A stretch of DNA of 63,847 bases, from the IMG/VR virus record IMGVR_UViG_3300025131_000031, positions 1 through 63,847 of that record; one strand, 5' to 3'. This stretch comes from a virus (taxonomy: Duplodnaviria > Caudoviricetes). Both the position numbers and the translations under genes were made by a program. Every line of letters begins with the position of its first letter. Within the stretch, counting starts at the first letter, position 1. A model generated the notes under the pieces. It was not told where the DNA came from, searched no databases, and saw only the letters and a program-made list of their open reading frames with translations. Shown here one piece after another: positions 40,236 to 50,345 of this stretch.

Positions 40236-40763
40236 ATGGAGACGGTAATAAGATTAAAAAAGATCAATAATAAAGAAATAATGAATGCTTATGATGAACT
40301 AGAGCATTTTCGAAGCGGAACGGCAGGTATAAGTTTAGAAAAATTAACTATTGAACTAGAATCTGAAGGTGGTGATCTTTACTTATCATTGTTTTTTCAT
40401 GATTATCTAGTAAGCTTGATAAGAGATGGAATTACTGTTGTTACTAAAGCATTGAGTTTTTGTGGTTCCTCGGCAGTAAATATATTTTGTGCAGGACAGA
40501 ATAGAAAATGTTATACAAACACAGTATTTTTAATTCATGAAGCTTCATTTCCGCGGGGATACGCGCGGGAAGACGATACAACTAAATCAATGTTGGCGAA
40601 TGCAGAATTTGTCAAAACAGCTGAAGATATATGCTATAATATATATGAAAATGTCTCAAACAAAAGTGCATATGAATGGAAAGAATTAGTAAAAGAACAG
40701 GGAGAAGTACTGCTTAGAGGAGGAAATGCATACGAATGCGGGTTAGCAACTGAACTTCTATGA
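40236..40763 (+). CDS. ClpP-like protease
   Basis: SEGG, CGSSA, FLIHE, A.E.GLA. Confidence 0.75.
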   Translation: METVIRLKKINNKEIMNAYDELEHFRSGTAGISLEKLTIELESEGGDLYLSLFFHDYLVSLIRDGITVVTKALSFCGSSAVNIFCAGQNRKCYTNTVFLIHEASFPRGYAREDDTTKSMLANAEFVKTAEDICYNIYENVSNKSAYEWKELVKEQGEVLLRGGNAYECGLATELL

Positions 40764-40775
40764 TGGAGTGGTTTA

Positions 40776-41423
40776 ATGATGAACGCTAGAAAGGTTTTAC
40801 TGCACAATGTACTAGTGCTAAACAGAAGCTGGATTCCAATACATATAACAACTGTTAGAGATGCAATAGGATTGGTTTTCGTAGGAGCTGCAAATGTAAT
40901 AGTTCCCGATGAAATGAAATCAATATCTGGCAAAACAGTTGCTTATGAATTCGAAGCAATGGATTATTCAATATGGACATCTAAATCTTGTGAATTGGAT
41001 AAAAATCAGTATGAAATTCTAAGTTCAGCTAAGAACATCCATTTCAAGCCTTCAGTTGTTGCGCTTACAAGATACAATGGAATACCAAGATATGAAATCA
41101 GATTCTGCAGAGCTTCACTCTATGAAAGAGATAGTGGAAAGTGTCAGTATTGTGGAAAGAGAATTTCAAGGGGCGATGCTACAATTGATCACGTTCAACC
41201 AAGGTCTAAGGGTGGAAAAAACTCTTGGAGCAATGCAGTACTAGCATGCAAGTCCTGCAACTCAGTTAAGTCAGACTTTACCCTTGATCAATCGGGAATG
41301 AAGTTGTTGAGCAAACCAAAGAAGCCTAACTGGATTTCAGTTAGATTTGGTAAGACAAGAAGTGTGAAGGAAAGAGCTGAATGGCGCAAATTTACAGAAT
41401 ACGTAGAAAGTGAGGTTTCATAA
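40776..41423 (+). CDS. HNH endonuclease (McrA-like)
   Basis: VLVLN; RD..CQYCG, TIDHVQPRSKGG, N.V.AC..CN..K. Confidence 0.9.
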   Translation: MMNARKVLLHNVLVLNRSWIPIHITTVRDAIGLVFVGAANVIVPDEMKSISGKTVAYEFEAMDYSIWTSKSCELDKNQYEILSSAKNIHFKPSVVALTRYNGIPRYEIRFCRASLYERDSGKCQYCGKRISRGDATIDHVQPRSKGGKNSWSNAVLACKSCNSVKSDFTLDQSGMKLLSKPKKPNWISVRFGKTRSVKERAEWRKFTEYVESEVS

Positions 41424-41685
41424 TGGATTGGGCAATACATTTTTTGTTAGGTTTTGCAGAGCAGCAAGATTTTGCTGGCAATTAATATTGAAATCCAAAG
41501 GATATGTCATCCTAGAAGATGTTATATGCAGCGCTGTAGTTGGAATAGTTTTCCCTCTTGGATAGATCTTTGGACTGATAGTATTATGTTGTTATTTTTG
41601 TGGATTTGATGATGTCGATGATTGGGAACATCTAGGGCGATTGATTAAAGACAAGAAGTTTTTGATGAAAGAGAAGGAGAAAAAG

Positions 41686-42108
41686 ATGATTAATAGAACA
41701 GAAAAGCTTAAGATATTTTGTGAAATGAATAATAGAATCACTGATGTAGCTAGATTCATTAGGCGAACTATAAGTCCTATTGGCAAGAATTTTAGATTTA
41801 ATCCTGAAGGTGTTACAATTGAAGACTTTGGGAAACGACCTTTCACAAATGACACAATAATTTCAGTTGAAGGGCACGAGACCTACTATTCTGAAGCTAG
41901 CTATATCACTGTTGATTTTCCAGCTTGGTTCTTAGAAGCTTCAGATGAACAGATCTCTGCTATAGTTATTGAAAGTCAGAGAGAGAAGAATGAAAGAGCT
42001 AAGAAGATCTTTGAAGATAGAGAAAAAGAAAAGATAACTTTGGCTAAAGCAAGTAGATTCAAGACATACAAGATTCTTAGGAAAGAGTTCAATTCAGGAA
42101 AGGGATAG
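41686..42108 (+). CDS. hypothetical protein
   Basis: ATG after AAGGAG. Confidence 0.6.
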   Translation: MINRTEKLKIFCEMNNRITDVARFIRRTISPIGKNFRFNPEGVTIEDFGKRPFTNDTIISVEGHETYYSEASYITVDFPAWFLEASDEQISAIVIESQREKNERAKKIFEDREKEKITLAKASRFKTYKILRKEFNSGKG

Positions 42109-42184
42109 AAATAATGGGAAAAAATCTTATAGCTATCTTCGAGAGTCATAGATATTTATTGGAAAGTACAATGGGGAGATATTA

Positions 42185-42388
42185 ATGATAAAACTAAAAC
42201 TAAAAATGAAGGGATATAGAGCTATTGTGAGAAAATTCCCTCATATAAAATTGATCAGAGAGTCTAGAAATCAATTCAAAATTGACAGCAATGATTACGA
42301 TGTATTCATACAAATAGGACCATTCGCTGAAGAATCTGAATTTGAAGAAGACCCTGAGCCGGAGAGGATGTATGCTATGGCTGCTTAA
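42185..42388 (+). CDS. hypothetical protein
   Basis: GGGAG RBS, 67 aa. Confidence 0.5.
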   Translation: MIKLKLKMKGYRAIVRKFPHIKLIRESRNQFKIDSNDYDVFIQIGPFAEESEFEEDPEPERMYAMAA

Positions 42389-42749
42389 CTTTGCAACATT
42401 TAGTTGGTGCATATCTATATTTGCAGTGCTGATTTTGTATTGGTCATGGTTTTGGGATGGAGCCAGAGATTCTACAGTAAATGGAATGCCTGACTTTCAT
42501 AAACCAGATTATTATCCAGGGAGATGGAAGTATGTTAAATGGTTTGCTGAAGATTTGTGGCACGCATGTAAAAGAATGTCTGTTTATCCTTTGCACACTA
42601 CTTTTGCTATTTTACTTATTCATCCGTATCTTTGGATATTTTTAGCAGCACTAATTCCAGCTTTTCATCTTGGAGTTAGAAAAATCAGTGGTAAGAAATG
42701 GCCAAGTTTTTGGCTTGATAAAATAGGAGCTTTATGGACGAAAAAGTAA
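42372..42749 (+). CDS. membrane protein
   Basis: two hydrophobic, Trp-rich segments. Confidence 0.6.
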   Translation: MLWLLNFATFSWCISIFAVLILYWSWFWDGARDSTVNGMPDFHKPDYYPGRWKYVKWFAEDLWHACKRMSVYPLHTTFAILLIHPYLWIFLAALIPAFHLGVRKISGKKWPSFWLDKIGALWTKK

Positions 42750-43051
42750 TAGCAGTAGATTTTGATGGTACTCTATGTGAAGCAAATTTCCCTTGGATAG
42801 GAAGACCAAGATGGGAAATCATAGATGCTCTCAAAAAAGAAATCGATGAAGGTGCAAGAGTGATTCTATGGACTTGTAGATCTGATGAAGAAGGTGGTCA
42901 TGATTATCTAACTCAGGCTGTAGAATGGTGTGCAAAAGAATTAGATCTGACATTCGATGCAGTTAATGAAGATATTCCTGGAAGAAAATTCGGAACTTCT
43001 CGTAAAGTGAATGCTGATGAATTTTGGGATGATAAGGCAAAAGAGGTATAG
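42734..43051 (+). CDS. HAD-superfamily hydrolase
   Basis: AVDFDGT, LWTCR, RK..AD.FWDDK. Confidence 0.85.
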   Translation: MDEKVIAVDFDGTLCEANFPWIGRPRWEIIDALKKEIDEGARVILWTCRSDEEGGHDYLTQAVEWCAKELDLTFDAVNEDIPGRKFGTSRKVNADEFWDDKAKEV

Positions 43052-43185
43052 AAATGTGGTGGATTGTATTAATATGTATTGGTATTGTTTATAGTTTAAT
43101 TAGGGAAGTGATAAAGACTTCGATGGTAGATATGTATCCGTTGTGTAAGATAGATCCTCACACGGGGAAAGTAGATTGGTATTAA

Positions 43186-43551
43186 ATGTTCAAAGTTTAT
43201 TTAGCAGCACCGTTATCAGTAGGCGATACAGCAATAAACGTTCACAAAGCAATGATTGCAGCAGATCAATGTATCGATGCAGGAATTAATTACTTTTGTC
43301 CACATTATTCTCATTTTCAGAATATTCATAAAGCTAAGGAATATGAAGTTTGGATGGAAATGGATTTTGATTGGATAAGAGTGTGTGATATACTCTGGAG
43401 ATTGCCAGGTGACTCACCTGGTGGAGATAGAGAAGTTAAGTTCGCTTTAAGCCTGGGAATTCCTGTTGTTTATAGTTTTGAGGAATTGTTGGACACTTTA
43501 AAAATGATGAGAGCTCATGAAACTAAAAGAGACATACCAAGAAGAAGATGA
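43186..43551 (+). CDS. nucleoside 2-deoxyribosyltransferase-like (DUF1937/DUF4406) protein
   Basis: VYLAAP, CD...RLPGDSPG.D.E...A...GIPV. Confidence 0.7.
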   Translation: MFKVYLAAPLSVGDTAINVHKAMIAADQCIDAGINYFCPHYSHFQNIHKAKEYEVWMEMDFDWIRVCDILWRLPGDSPGGDREVKFALSLGIPVVYSFEELLDTLKMMRAHETKRDIPRRR

Positions 43552-43984
43552 AAAAATTGTAAGAGCAGCAATGATTCCATTTTACATAAAAGATGGAAAG
43601 ATTTTCATGATGTTTATGCAACCCTCTAATCCTAAGTTTGGTGGAACAAGATGGCAATTATGCAAAGGTGGAATTGATAAGGGTGAAACTCCATCAACCG
43701 CTGCCGTTAGAGAGGCTAAAGAAGAGCTTGGTTTGAGAATGTCTAATACAAAAAAGCTATTCGCATTAGGAAATTTCTGGTCGGGCAAGTTACATCTATT
43801 TGTAGTAGAAGTGAAAGATCCAAAAGCATTCGATAAGCCTGGATTTGAAACTAAAGCTACAAAATGGATGAATTGGGGAGATTGGTTTAAAGAAGGAAGA
43901 AGAGAACAAACTAAAATAGTTTCAGCTGGTTATAAAGTAATGAATTTGAACATCGCTATGACAAAGGAGAAAGAGACCAAGTGA
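43517..43984 (+). CDS. NUDIX hydrolase with MKLKETYQE leader
   Basis: [23 protein letters not shown]. Confidence 0.85.
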   Translation: MKLKETYQEEDEKIVRAAMIPFYIKDGKIFMMFMQPSNPKFGGTRWQLCKGGIDKGETPSTAAVREAKEELGLRMSNTKKLFALGNFWSGKLHLFVVEVKDPKAFDKPGFETKATKWMNWGDWFKEGRREQTKIVSAGYKVMNLNIAMTKEKETK

Positions 43985-44925
43985 AGCAATACGAAAAGAT
44001 GGTAAAAGATATTTTAGAAACGGGTGTTCAAAAGAGAGACAGAACCGGTACAGGTACTATCTCTCTTTTTGCATATCAAGCAAGATTCAATCTTCAAGAT
44101 GGTTTCCCTTGTTTAACTACAAAGAAAATGCATTTGAGATCTATAATATATGAACTGCTATGGTTTCTGAAAGGTGATACGAATATCAAATATTTGAATG
44201 ATAATGGAGTTACTATTTGGGACGAATGGGCATCCGCGGATGGAGATCTAGGGCCAATCTATGGCAAGCAATGGAGAAGATGGAAGCATGTTTTTATAGA
44301 TAAAATAGTAAGAAGAAAGAATAGAAAATCTTACAAGCATACTATAGAAACTATAGATCAGATAGCACAAGTCATAGAAGCATTGAAAACAAATCCAAAT
44401 GATAGAAGAATGATAGTTTCAGCTTGGAATCCAGGCGAAGCAAAAGACATGAAATTACCCCCTTGTCATTTGTTGTTTCAGTTTTGGAGTAGAGAATTGA
44501 GTAAGCAAGAAAAATATGATTTAATATACGAAAGATTTCCAAAATTTATAAATAATGGAATAGGTAGAACTACAAACTTAATGAAGAAAGGGCCACAAAG
44601 AGCTCTATCATGTCAGCTATACCAAAGAAGCTGTGATGTAGGATTAGGCGTTCCATTCAATATAGCTAGCTATGCTCTATTAACTATGATGGTAGCTCAA
44701 GTCGTAAATATGGTTCCTGAAGAATTCATTTGGGTAGGCGGGGATATACACATCTATAATAACCACATTGATAAGTTAAAAAAACAGATTAAGAGGAAAC
44801 CGTTTGCGTTGCCGAAAATGATAATTAATAATAGGGGTCAAAGCATAGACGATTTTGTTTATGAAGACTTTGAATTGAGAGATTATGAATGTCATCCGGG
44901 AATAAAATTGGATGTATCTGTTTAG
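43981..44925 (+). CDS. thyA: thymidylate synthase
   Basis: DRTGTGT, ELLWFL.G, LPPCH, YQRSCD..LGVPFN, HIY.NH. Confidence 0.97.
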   Translation: MKQYEKMVKDILETGVQKRDRTGTGTISLFAYQARFNLQDGFPCLTTKKMHLRSIIYELLWFLKGDTNIKYLNDNGVTIWDEWASADGDLGPIYGKQWRRWKHVFIDKIVRRKNRKSYKHTIETIDQIAQVIEALKTNPNDRRMIVSAWNPGEAKDMKLPPCHLLFQFWSRELSKQEKYDLIYERFPKFINNGIGRTTNLMKKGPQRALSCQLYQRSCDVGLGVPFNIASYALLTMMVAQVVNMVPEEFIWVGGDIHIYNNHIDKLKKQIKRKPFALPKMIINNRGQSIDDFVYEDFELRDYECHPGIKLDVSV

Positions 44926-45326
44926 TAACTCTGCTTGCTTTTGTTTCTTGTGGGCAGATTCCAGATACTTTAGTAGGACCACAAGAAACAAAAGAAGAAA
45001 TTAGTGAGTACCACGCACAGCTGATAGGCGATTGGGTATATGAATTCCAAGAAGGATTTGAAAAATTATCACTTGTAGATGCTAGTTATTTTGAAAGATT
45101 CGTAAATACAGGTGATCCGAATGATATTATATATTATGGATTCTGGAATGTTGATGCAACTGAATTACAATTCAGAGTAAGAGGATATGCCAATATAAGT
45201 AGAACTGTTATTCAGCAATATGAACCACATAATACTTTTATTTGGGATATGACATATGAGCTGAAAGATGAGATTACATTGATCATATATGGAGATGATA
45301 AAAGTTACGTTTATCAGAGGAGATAG
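44889..45326 (+). CDS. putative lipoprotein
   Basis: hydrophobic leader ending FVSC; L.G.W motif. Confidence 0.55.
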   Translation: MSSGNKIGCICLVTLLAFVSCGQIPDTLVGPQETKEEISEYHAQLIGDWVYEFQEGFEKLSLVDASYFERFVNTGDPNDIIYYGFWNVDATELQFRVRGYANISRTVIQQYEPHNTFIWDMTYELKDEITLIIYGDDKSYVYQRR

Positions 45327-45356
45327 TTTACAAAGTCAATAAAAAATGATTATAAG
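45327..45356 (+). promoter_or_regulatory. sigma70-like promoter upstream of the SSB gene
   Basis: TTTACA-18 nt-TATAAG with TG upstream of the -10. Confidence 0.5.
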
Positions 45357-45400
45357 TATAGGAAGCAAAAAGGAGTATACACACTTAAGGAGGTAGAAGG

Positions 45401-46258
45401 ATGAATTTAGATTTAATCAAAGCAGCATTGCAAGAGAAGGATAATCCAGATCAAAGAAGAGGTGGAGGAAGCGATAAGCTATGGCGTTTGGATGCAGGCG
45501 ATTCAGAAGCTGAAGCTCTTGCAAGAATTGTTCCGTATAAGTTTGATGAAGACAATCCGTTTTTGGAAATGTGGTTCCATTATGGAGTTGCAGGACGAAA
45601 TTATCTCTGTCCAAGAAAACATGGAGATGGTGAATGTGTCATCTGCAAATTTGGATATGAAGTATTAGAAGAGTATAAGAGAACTAAGAATGAAGAAACA
45701 AGATTAACTCTTAGTGTGTTACTACCAAAGTTGAGAGTATATTCTCCAGTAGTAATTAGAGGAGAAGAGGAGGCAGGTGTTAGATTTTGGGGATATAGTC
45801 CAACACTTCATCACGAATTATTGAAAATTGCAGTTCAGTTTGGTGAACAAGATATTGATATTACAGATCCTGAAAGAGGAGTAGATATTAAAGTTCATGT
45901 AGTTTCACCAGATCAATCTGGCAAGCTTTATCCGATAACTGATGTTGCTTTTGCAATGGACGGAGTATCGGCAAAGATTGATGCTTTGGTAGAGACAGAA
46001 AAAGGTGCGCCCTCGAAGAGTAAGATTAGTAAGCTCTTAGATACATGCCCAGACATTAGTGAAATTTATAACCTTAAGCCTGAAAGTGAACTGATTGAGT
46101 CTCTTGAAAAATATGCTCAACCACAGGGTCAAAAGGAAAATCCAGGAACTGGAACTGAAAAGTTTGGTGGTTCTTCCGAAAAAGAAGAAGAAAAGCCAGC
46201 AGCAGATATGGACCAGATAGGACAGGATTTTGAGAAAATGTTGGAGAATGACGAATAA
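45401..46258 (+). CDS. gp32-like single-stranded DNA-binding protein
   Basis: RIVP, PF...FHY, CP..HG..C.IC, DITDP..G.D, acidic tail; directly upstream of uvsX. Confidence 0.8.
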   Translation: MNLDLIKAALQEKDNPDQRRGGGSDKLWRLDAGDSEAEALARIVPYKFDEDNPFLEMWFHYGVAGRNYLCPRKHGDGECVICKFGYEVLEEYKRTKNEETRLTLSVLLPKLRVYSPVVIRGEEEAGVRFWGYSPTLHHELLKIAVQFGEQDIDITDPERGVDIKVHVVSPDQSGKLYPITDVAFAMDGVSAKIDALVETEKGAPSKSKISKLLDTCPDISEIYNLKPESELIESLEKYAQPQGQKENPGTGTEKFGGSSEKEEEKPAADMDQIGQDFEKMLENDE

Positions 46259-47419
46259 ATGGCAAAGAGAAAAACAGTGATTTCGGAAGAGTTTGATGAT
46301 ACTTCTTCCAATTCATCACCAAATACTCTCAATGACATATTAATAGACGAATTAAAATCTGAAATAGGGGGCTCAGCCTATGTCTTAGGCGAAGATGATA
46401 CTCCAGCTGATGTAACGGAGTGGCTCTCAACAGGAAGTACTATTTTAGATATGGTAATTTCGAATAATCCAACTGGAAATGGAGGTATTCCGGTTGGTCG
46501 GTTAACAGAAATTCATGGAGATCCAAGTACAGGAAAATCATTATTAGCTTATATGATCCTAAAAGATTGTGCAGCTAAAGGCGGAATATCAGTATTGATT
46601 GATACTGAAAATGCTGCCAATATAGAATTTTTGAATATGTTAGGTTTAGATCCAAGAAAAAATCTTACATATGTGCAGGTTGATACTGTTGAGGATGTAT
46701 TTGCAACAATAGAAACCGTAATCAGATCAGTTCGAAAGAATGATAGAAAGAAACTTGTAACAATAGTTTGGGATTCAATAGCTGGAACATCCACTCGTAA
46801 GGAAATGGAAGAAGAGGTGGGCAACCAGCAAGTAGCTATGGTTCCAAGATTATTAGGACAAGGATGTAGAAAAGTATCAAGGCTAATAGGTGATCAAAGA
46901 ATAGCTCTAGTATTTTTGAATCAGTTAAGAGCAAAAATCGGAGTAGTATTTGGTGATCCTATGACAACTCCAGGTGGAAATGCAGTTCCTTTCTTTGCTG
47001 ATGTTAGAGTAAGATTGAGAACGGCTGGTAAGATAAAAGCTGGAGCAAAGGATATTATTGGAGTAAGTTCAAAAGCACAGATCATTAAGAATAGATTTGG
47101 CCCTCCATATAGAGAAGCTATACTGAATATCTACTTTGATAAGGGATTAATTGATGAAGATTCTTGGTTTGATTTCCTAAAGGCTAAAAAGCTGATTAAG
47201 AAACTAACTGTTCAGAAATCACAATTAACATTAGATGGAGAAACATTTGAATTCAAGAACAAAGAGTTCATGAAATTAATGAGAAGTCAAACTGAAGAGT
47301 TCAGGAATAAGATCAAGCAAATGATAAAAGATGATCTTTATATAGAACAGGATCCAGATAAGAGAGAGGATGAAATTACGATCGAAGAAGTACCAGAAGA
47401 AGAATTACTAGGAACGTAA
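46259..47419 (+). CDS. uvsX: RecA/UvsX recombinase
   Basis: STGS, GGIPVGR, GDPSTGKS, IDTE, WDS, NQLR, TPGG, KNR.GPP. Confidence 0.95.
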   Translation: MAKRKTVISEEFDDTSSNSSPNTLNDILIDELKSEIGGSAYVLGEDDTPADVTEWLSTGSTILDMVISNNPTGNGGIPVGRLTEIHGDPSTGKSLLAYMILKDCAAKGGISVLIDTENAANIEFLNMLGLDPRKNLTYVQVDTVEDVFATIETVIRSVRKNDRKKLVTIVWDSIAGTSTRKEMEEEVGNQQVAMVPRLLGQGCRKVSRLIGDQRIALVFLNQLRAKIGVVFGDPMTTPGGNAVPFFADVRVRLRTAGKIKAGAKDIIGVSSKAQIIKNRFGPPYREAILNIYFDKGLIDEDSWFDFLKAKKLIKKLTVQKSQLTLDGETFEFKNKEFMKLMRSQTEEFRNKIKQMIKDDLYIEQDPDKREDEITIEEVPEEELLGT

Positions 47420-47462
47420 CAGATTTTTTTTAGGGCTATATTTAATATAGGAGAAAAATAGT

Positions 47463-47702
47463 ATGCCAGCACCACGATTTACAAATGATGTCGACGATGC
47501 ATTAGAGACCTTAAGGTCATTTATTGACCAACAGAAGTCCGGAAAGCGTAGAGCCAGAAAACCGATATGGTCGGATTCTGAATACGCAGCTCAGGATAGA
47601 GTCAAATATTATGATAACAATTTGACAGCATTGAGACAAGTTGTTACAGGACATACAATTGACCTCGCAGAAGGTAATTATCAGGAGGGGCTGGATCTTT
47701 AA
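47463..47702 (+). CDS. hypothetical protein
   Basis: AGGAG RBS, followed by a terminator. Confidence 0.65.
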   Translation: MPAPRFTNDVDDALETLRSFIDQQKSGKRRARKPIWSDSEYAAQDRVKYYDNNLTALRQVVTGHTIDLAEGNYQEGLDL

Positions 47703-47729
47703 GATTCACACATAGTTTACGCTAACTAT

Positions 47730-47768
47730 AGGCCCTTCAACAACTTAAGTTGATGGGCCTTATTTTTT
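47730..47768 (+). terminator. intrinsic terminator
   Basis: aggccc.tcaac/gttga.gggcct followed by a T run. Confidence 0.75.
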
Positions 47769-47801
47769 GATCTTCGACAATCGATTACAGTAGAACAAGT
47801 T

Positions 47802-47938
47802 ATAGCTAAAATCGTCTGTGCTGCGTTCCTCAGCATAAAGCTGGGTGGTACATCACACAATACGCTGCAGAACGTTTTAGCTATGCTTATACTAACTTAT
47901 TAGTAAGCAACAAGTTATGCATATGCATAAGTTATTGT
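47802..47938. other. cluster of inverted repeats / candidate structured element
   Basis: atagctaaaa/ttttagctat enclosing further stems; then gctta..tactaa/ttagtaagc and the palindrome ttatgcatatgcataa. Confidence 0.55.
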
Positions 47939-47967
47939 TAATTAATAGCATAAAAAGTTTATTTTTT

Positions 47968-48010
47968 TTGGTTTTATGTTTCATATCGCCTCTAGATTTG
48001 TTATATTATA
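47968..48010 (+). promoter_or_regulatory. conserved ~42-bp promoter element, copy 1
   Basis: TTGGTTTTATG-TTTCAT-ATCGCCTCTAGATTTGT-TATATT. Confidence 0.75.
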
Positions 48011-48056
48011 CATGTTACAAAGGTTATGCGTTGTTAATCAAATCAGGGAGAAAAGA

Positions 48057-48443
48057 ATGGCTTTTACCAAATCAAACATCAAGCAGGCTCGGACAGAATT
48101 GGAAACAGCTTTAGAAAAATGGGCTAAGGATTGGGACGTTGATGTCAAGATTGGAACCATTAGTTATAGTGAAAAGGATTTACGATGTAAATTCACAGCG
48201 GTTCAAGTCGAAGAAGGAAAGACCAGACACGAAACTGAAATTGAGAGAGATTTTGCTCGATACGCTTTCCGATACGATCTGGATCCTGAAGATTTGGGAA
48301 AAGAAGTTAATTTGTTTGATGGTGAGGTTTGCACAATCGCTGGAATTAAGCCTCGGAATCACAAATTCCCCATTATCTTGAAAAAGAAAACTGGGGGATT
48401 CTACAAAGTTGGTAAGAAGGCTTTCACATTCAAGAGCGATTAG
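48057..48443 (+). CDS. hypothetical protein
   Basis: ATG after GGGAG, downstream of the promoter. Confidence 0.7.
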   Translation: MAFTKSNIKQARTELETALEKWAKDWDVDVKIGTISYSEKDLRCKFTAVQVEEGKTRHETEIERDFARYAFRYDLDPEDLGKEVNLFDGEVCTIAGIKPRNHKFPIILKKKTGGFYKVGKKAFTFKSD

Positions 48444-48483
48444 GCCCACATTAGAAATCTGTATCAACATCAAAAGGGATAGA

Positions 48484-48669
48484 ATGACAAGAATTCATTT
48501 TCAAAACTTAGCCGACATCGTAAAACTTGAACTAGATTTTTTAACTGAGGTTGAACGGTCACAAATTGCTCTTTTACTTGCCAGCTTCTGCAATCGCCAC
48601 AATACTGGATTTGATGAAGAAAGATTCTTGACAGCTTGCGAGGTCGATAATCTGAAGAAAGATTCTTGA
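48484..48669 (+). CDS. hypothetical protein
   Basis: MTRIHF..LA...N..FDEERFLTAC. Confidence 0.6.
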   Translation: MTRIHFQNLADIVKLELDFLTEVERSQIALLLASFCNRHNTGFDEERFLTACEVDNLKKDS

Positions 48670-48677
48670 CAGCTTGC
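48615..48677 (+). repeat. 25-bp direct repeat x2
   Basis: tgaagaaagattcttgacagcttgc at 48615 and 48653. Confidence 0.9.
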
Positions 48678-48734
48678 AACCTCAATGGGTTCAATAAGGT
48701 CAGAAAACAATCTATATGAACAGAAGGAAATAAG

Positions 48735-48869
48735 ATGAAGATCAAATTAGACAAAGTAAGAGTTCCACTTTCAAAGAAAGCTGGAATGGTGATTGCACCA
48801 AAGAAAGGGAAAGGTGCAAAGTACAATCGATCAAAGGAAAAAGTAGCAATTAGAAATATGGGGCGTTAA
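48735..48869 (+). CDS. 44-aa basic peptide with ArfA-like KKGKG motif
   Basis: MKIKLDKVRVPLSKKAGMVIAPKKGKGAKYNRSKEKVAIRNMGR*; AAGGA RBS; below the ORF-track length cutoff. Confidence 0.55.
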   Translation: MKIKLDKVRVPLSKKAGMVIAPKKGKGAKYNRSKEKVAIRNMGR

Positions 48870-48934
48870 CTCAACGGGAGAGTATTTCCCTTGCACGGAA
48901 AAGGTTAAGAGTTCAAATCTCTTACGCTCCACCA
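48860..48934 (+). tRNA. tRNA-Ala(UGC)
   Basis: cloverleaf, G3:U70, loop cttgcac, CCA. Confidence 0.9.
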
Positions 48935-48939
48935 TTTAT

Positions 48940-49009
48940 GGGCCGGTATCTCAACGGAGAGCACTTGTTTTGCACTCAGGTAGATAGGGTTCAAGTCTCT
49001 CCCCGACCA
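48940..49009 (+). pseudogene. degenerate tRNA-Ala(UGC)
   Basis: D arm, tttgcac loop and ggttcaagt retained; acceptor stem does not pair. Confidence 0.6.
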
Positions 49010-49164
49010 TATTAGAAAGAATAGAATGACTCGAGAAAGATACCAAGTTCTCAAAGAAACAAAGAATTTCAAGAACGATACAGAAAAGATTGAATTTGAG
49101 ATTCAGCAAAGAATGTTGTTCGACGGAGTTCCATTCGTAGAAGAAATAATGAAAGGTTTCGAGA

Positions 49165-49434
49165 ATGCCTAAGTATGTAAGTTGTATAGAAGGTGGATTA
49201 GGAACAATAATCAGGCCCGGAGATAAGATTGCTTATATGGGAATTACTCCAATGGGAAAAACCTTAAAGGCAGGAACAGTGGTAGCAATTGTAGAACAAC
49301 CACGATATCCTGGAGCTACTTACGACAACTTAGTAACAAAGTTGAAGGTTGAAAATGTGAATGGAAGAATCGTAACGATTGAGAATCATAAGTTTTGTGT
49401 ACCAATCAACGGAGTAAGAAGGGAATTGGCATGA
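49165..49434 (+). CDS. hypothetical protein
   Basis: 89-aa ORF. Confidence 0.6.
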   Translation: MPKYVSCIEGGLGTIIRPGDKIAYMGITPMGKTLKAGTVVAIVEQPRYPGATYDNLVTKLKVENVNGRIVTIENHKFCVPINGVRRELA

Positions 49435-49721
49435 GTAAAACAGGTTATCAATTAGTCTTAGATTTATCAGGACCAGATGGAAATGCTTTTGCAGTAATGG
49501 GAGCAGTAAGAGGAGTTTTAAATCAGATTGATCCTGGTCTGACCAAGAAATATCTCGAAAAGTCAATGGCAGGTGATTATGATGATTTACTCAGAGCTTC
49601 TTGCGAATATGTAGACTTAGTAGATTCGTCAAATACTTATCCAGATATTTTGGGTGAAGTGGAAGTTGTCACTACAGTAGAAAGAATTTCAACTCCAGCA
49701 GAGGATGTAACGATAAACTGA
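49431..49721 (+). CDS. hypothetical phage protein
   Basis: LSGPDGNAFAVMG...GDYD.L; ATGA overlap with the previous ORF. Confidence 0.7.
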   Translation: MSKTGYQLVLDLSGPDGNAFAVMGAVRGVLNQIDPGLTKKYLEKSMAGDYDDLLRASCEYVDLVDSSNTYPDILGEVEVVTTVERISTPAEDVTIN

Positions 49722-49740
49722 GAATTGGGGAAACAAAAAT

Positions 49741-49817
49741 GGTGTCGTAGCATAATCGGAAAATGCTCCAGGCTGTCAACCTGAGGATAGCGAGTTCAAA
49801 TCTCGTCGACACCGCCA
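49741..49817 (+). tRNA. tRNA-Asp(GUC)
   Basis: ggtgtcg/cgacacc, loop ctgtcaa, G73-CCA. Confidence 0.9.
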
Positions 49818-49823
49818 ATTTGT

Positions 49824-49900
49824 CTGGGGGTAGCAAGAAGGAATATGCACTTGGTTGTCTACCAAGCGAATCGGGGGTTCGATTCCCCTCCCCTGGGCCA
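49824..49900 (+). tRNA. tRNA-Asp(GUC), second divergent copy
   Basis: cttgg-ttgtcta-ccaag, ttcgatt T loop, G73-CCA. Confidence 0.8.
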
Positions 49901-49918
49901 AAACTTAGAAAGGTTGTA

Positions 49919-50170
49919 ATGAAACACAATACTGCGGTATATAAATACTTATGTGAAGATAGTGATGGTGAATTTTTCACTACATCTGAATGGTATCAAA
50001 ATATTGAACTAGTAAGAGATGAATATGAATATGATATTATAGTTCATAGAAGAATACCAGAATCAGTAATATCAGGCAAAAAGTTAATGGACAAAATGAA
50101 GACAGATTCATGCTACATAGTCCTTACAGAATATACTCAGAAAGTATACGACAATAAAAAGATTATATGA
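49919..50170 (+). CDS. hypothetical protein
   Basis: start moved downstream of the tRNAs; stop overlaps tRNA-Glu. Confidence 0.6.
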   Translation: MKHNTAVYKYLCEDSDGEFFTTSEWYQNIELVRDEYEYDIIVHRRIPESVISGKKLMDKMKTDSCYIVLTEYTQKVYDNKKII

Positions 50171-50243
50171 CGGTGTAGGGAAAGTACACCCGACCTGGCT
50201 TTCAACCAAGTAACTGCGAGTTCAAATCTCGTCACCGTCACCA
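50169..50243 (+). tRNA. tRNA-Glu(UUC)
   Basis: gacggtg/caccgtc, loop ctttcaa, CCA. Confidence 0.8.
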
Positions 50244-50250
50244 AATTTAT

Positions 50251-50325
50251 GACCCGGTCGTTCAATGGTTAGGACATTAGGCTTTCAACTTAATGACGAG
50301 GGTTCAATTCCCTTCCGGGTTACCA
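50251..50325 (+). tRNA. tRNA-Glu(UUC), second copy
   Basis: gacccgg/ccgggtt, loop ctttcaa, CCA. Confidence 0.9.
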
Positions 50326-50345
50326 CATTAACACAGGAGTACAAA

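Noticed and set aside
43981-47419. Introns or inteins in thyA or uvsX
   Set aside because: Both are continuous ORFs of ordinary length; the short insertions in ThyA have no splicing motifs
22809-48381. Alternative-frame + strand ORFs nested in real genes (22809, 23900, 41056, 45462, 48139)
   Set aside because: Fully overlapped by motif-bearing genes and with no independent support
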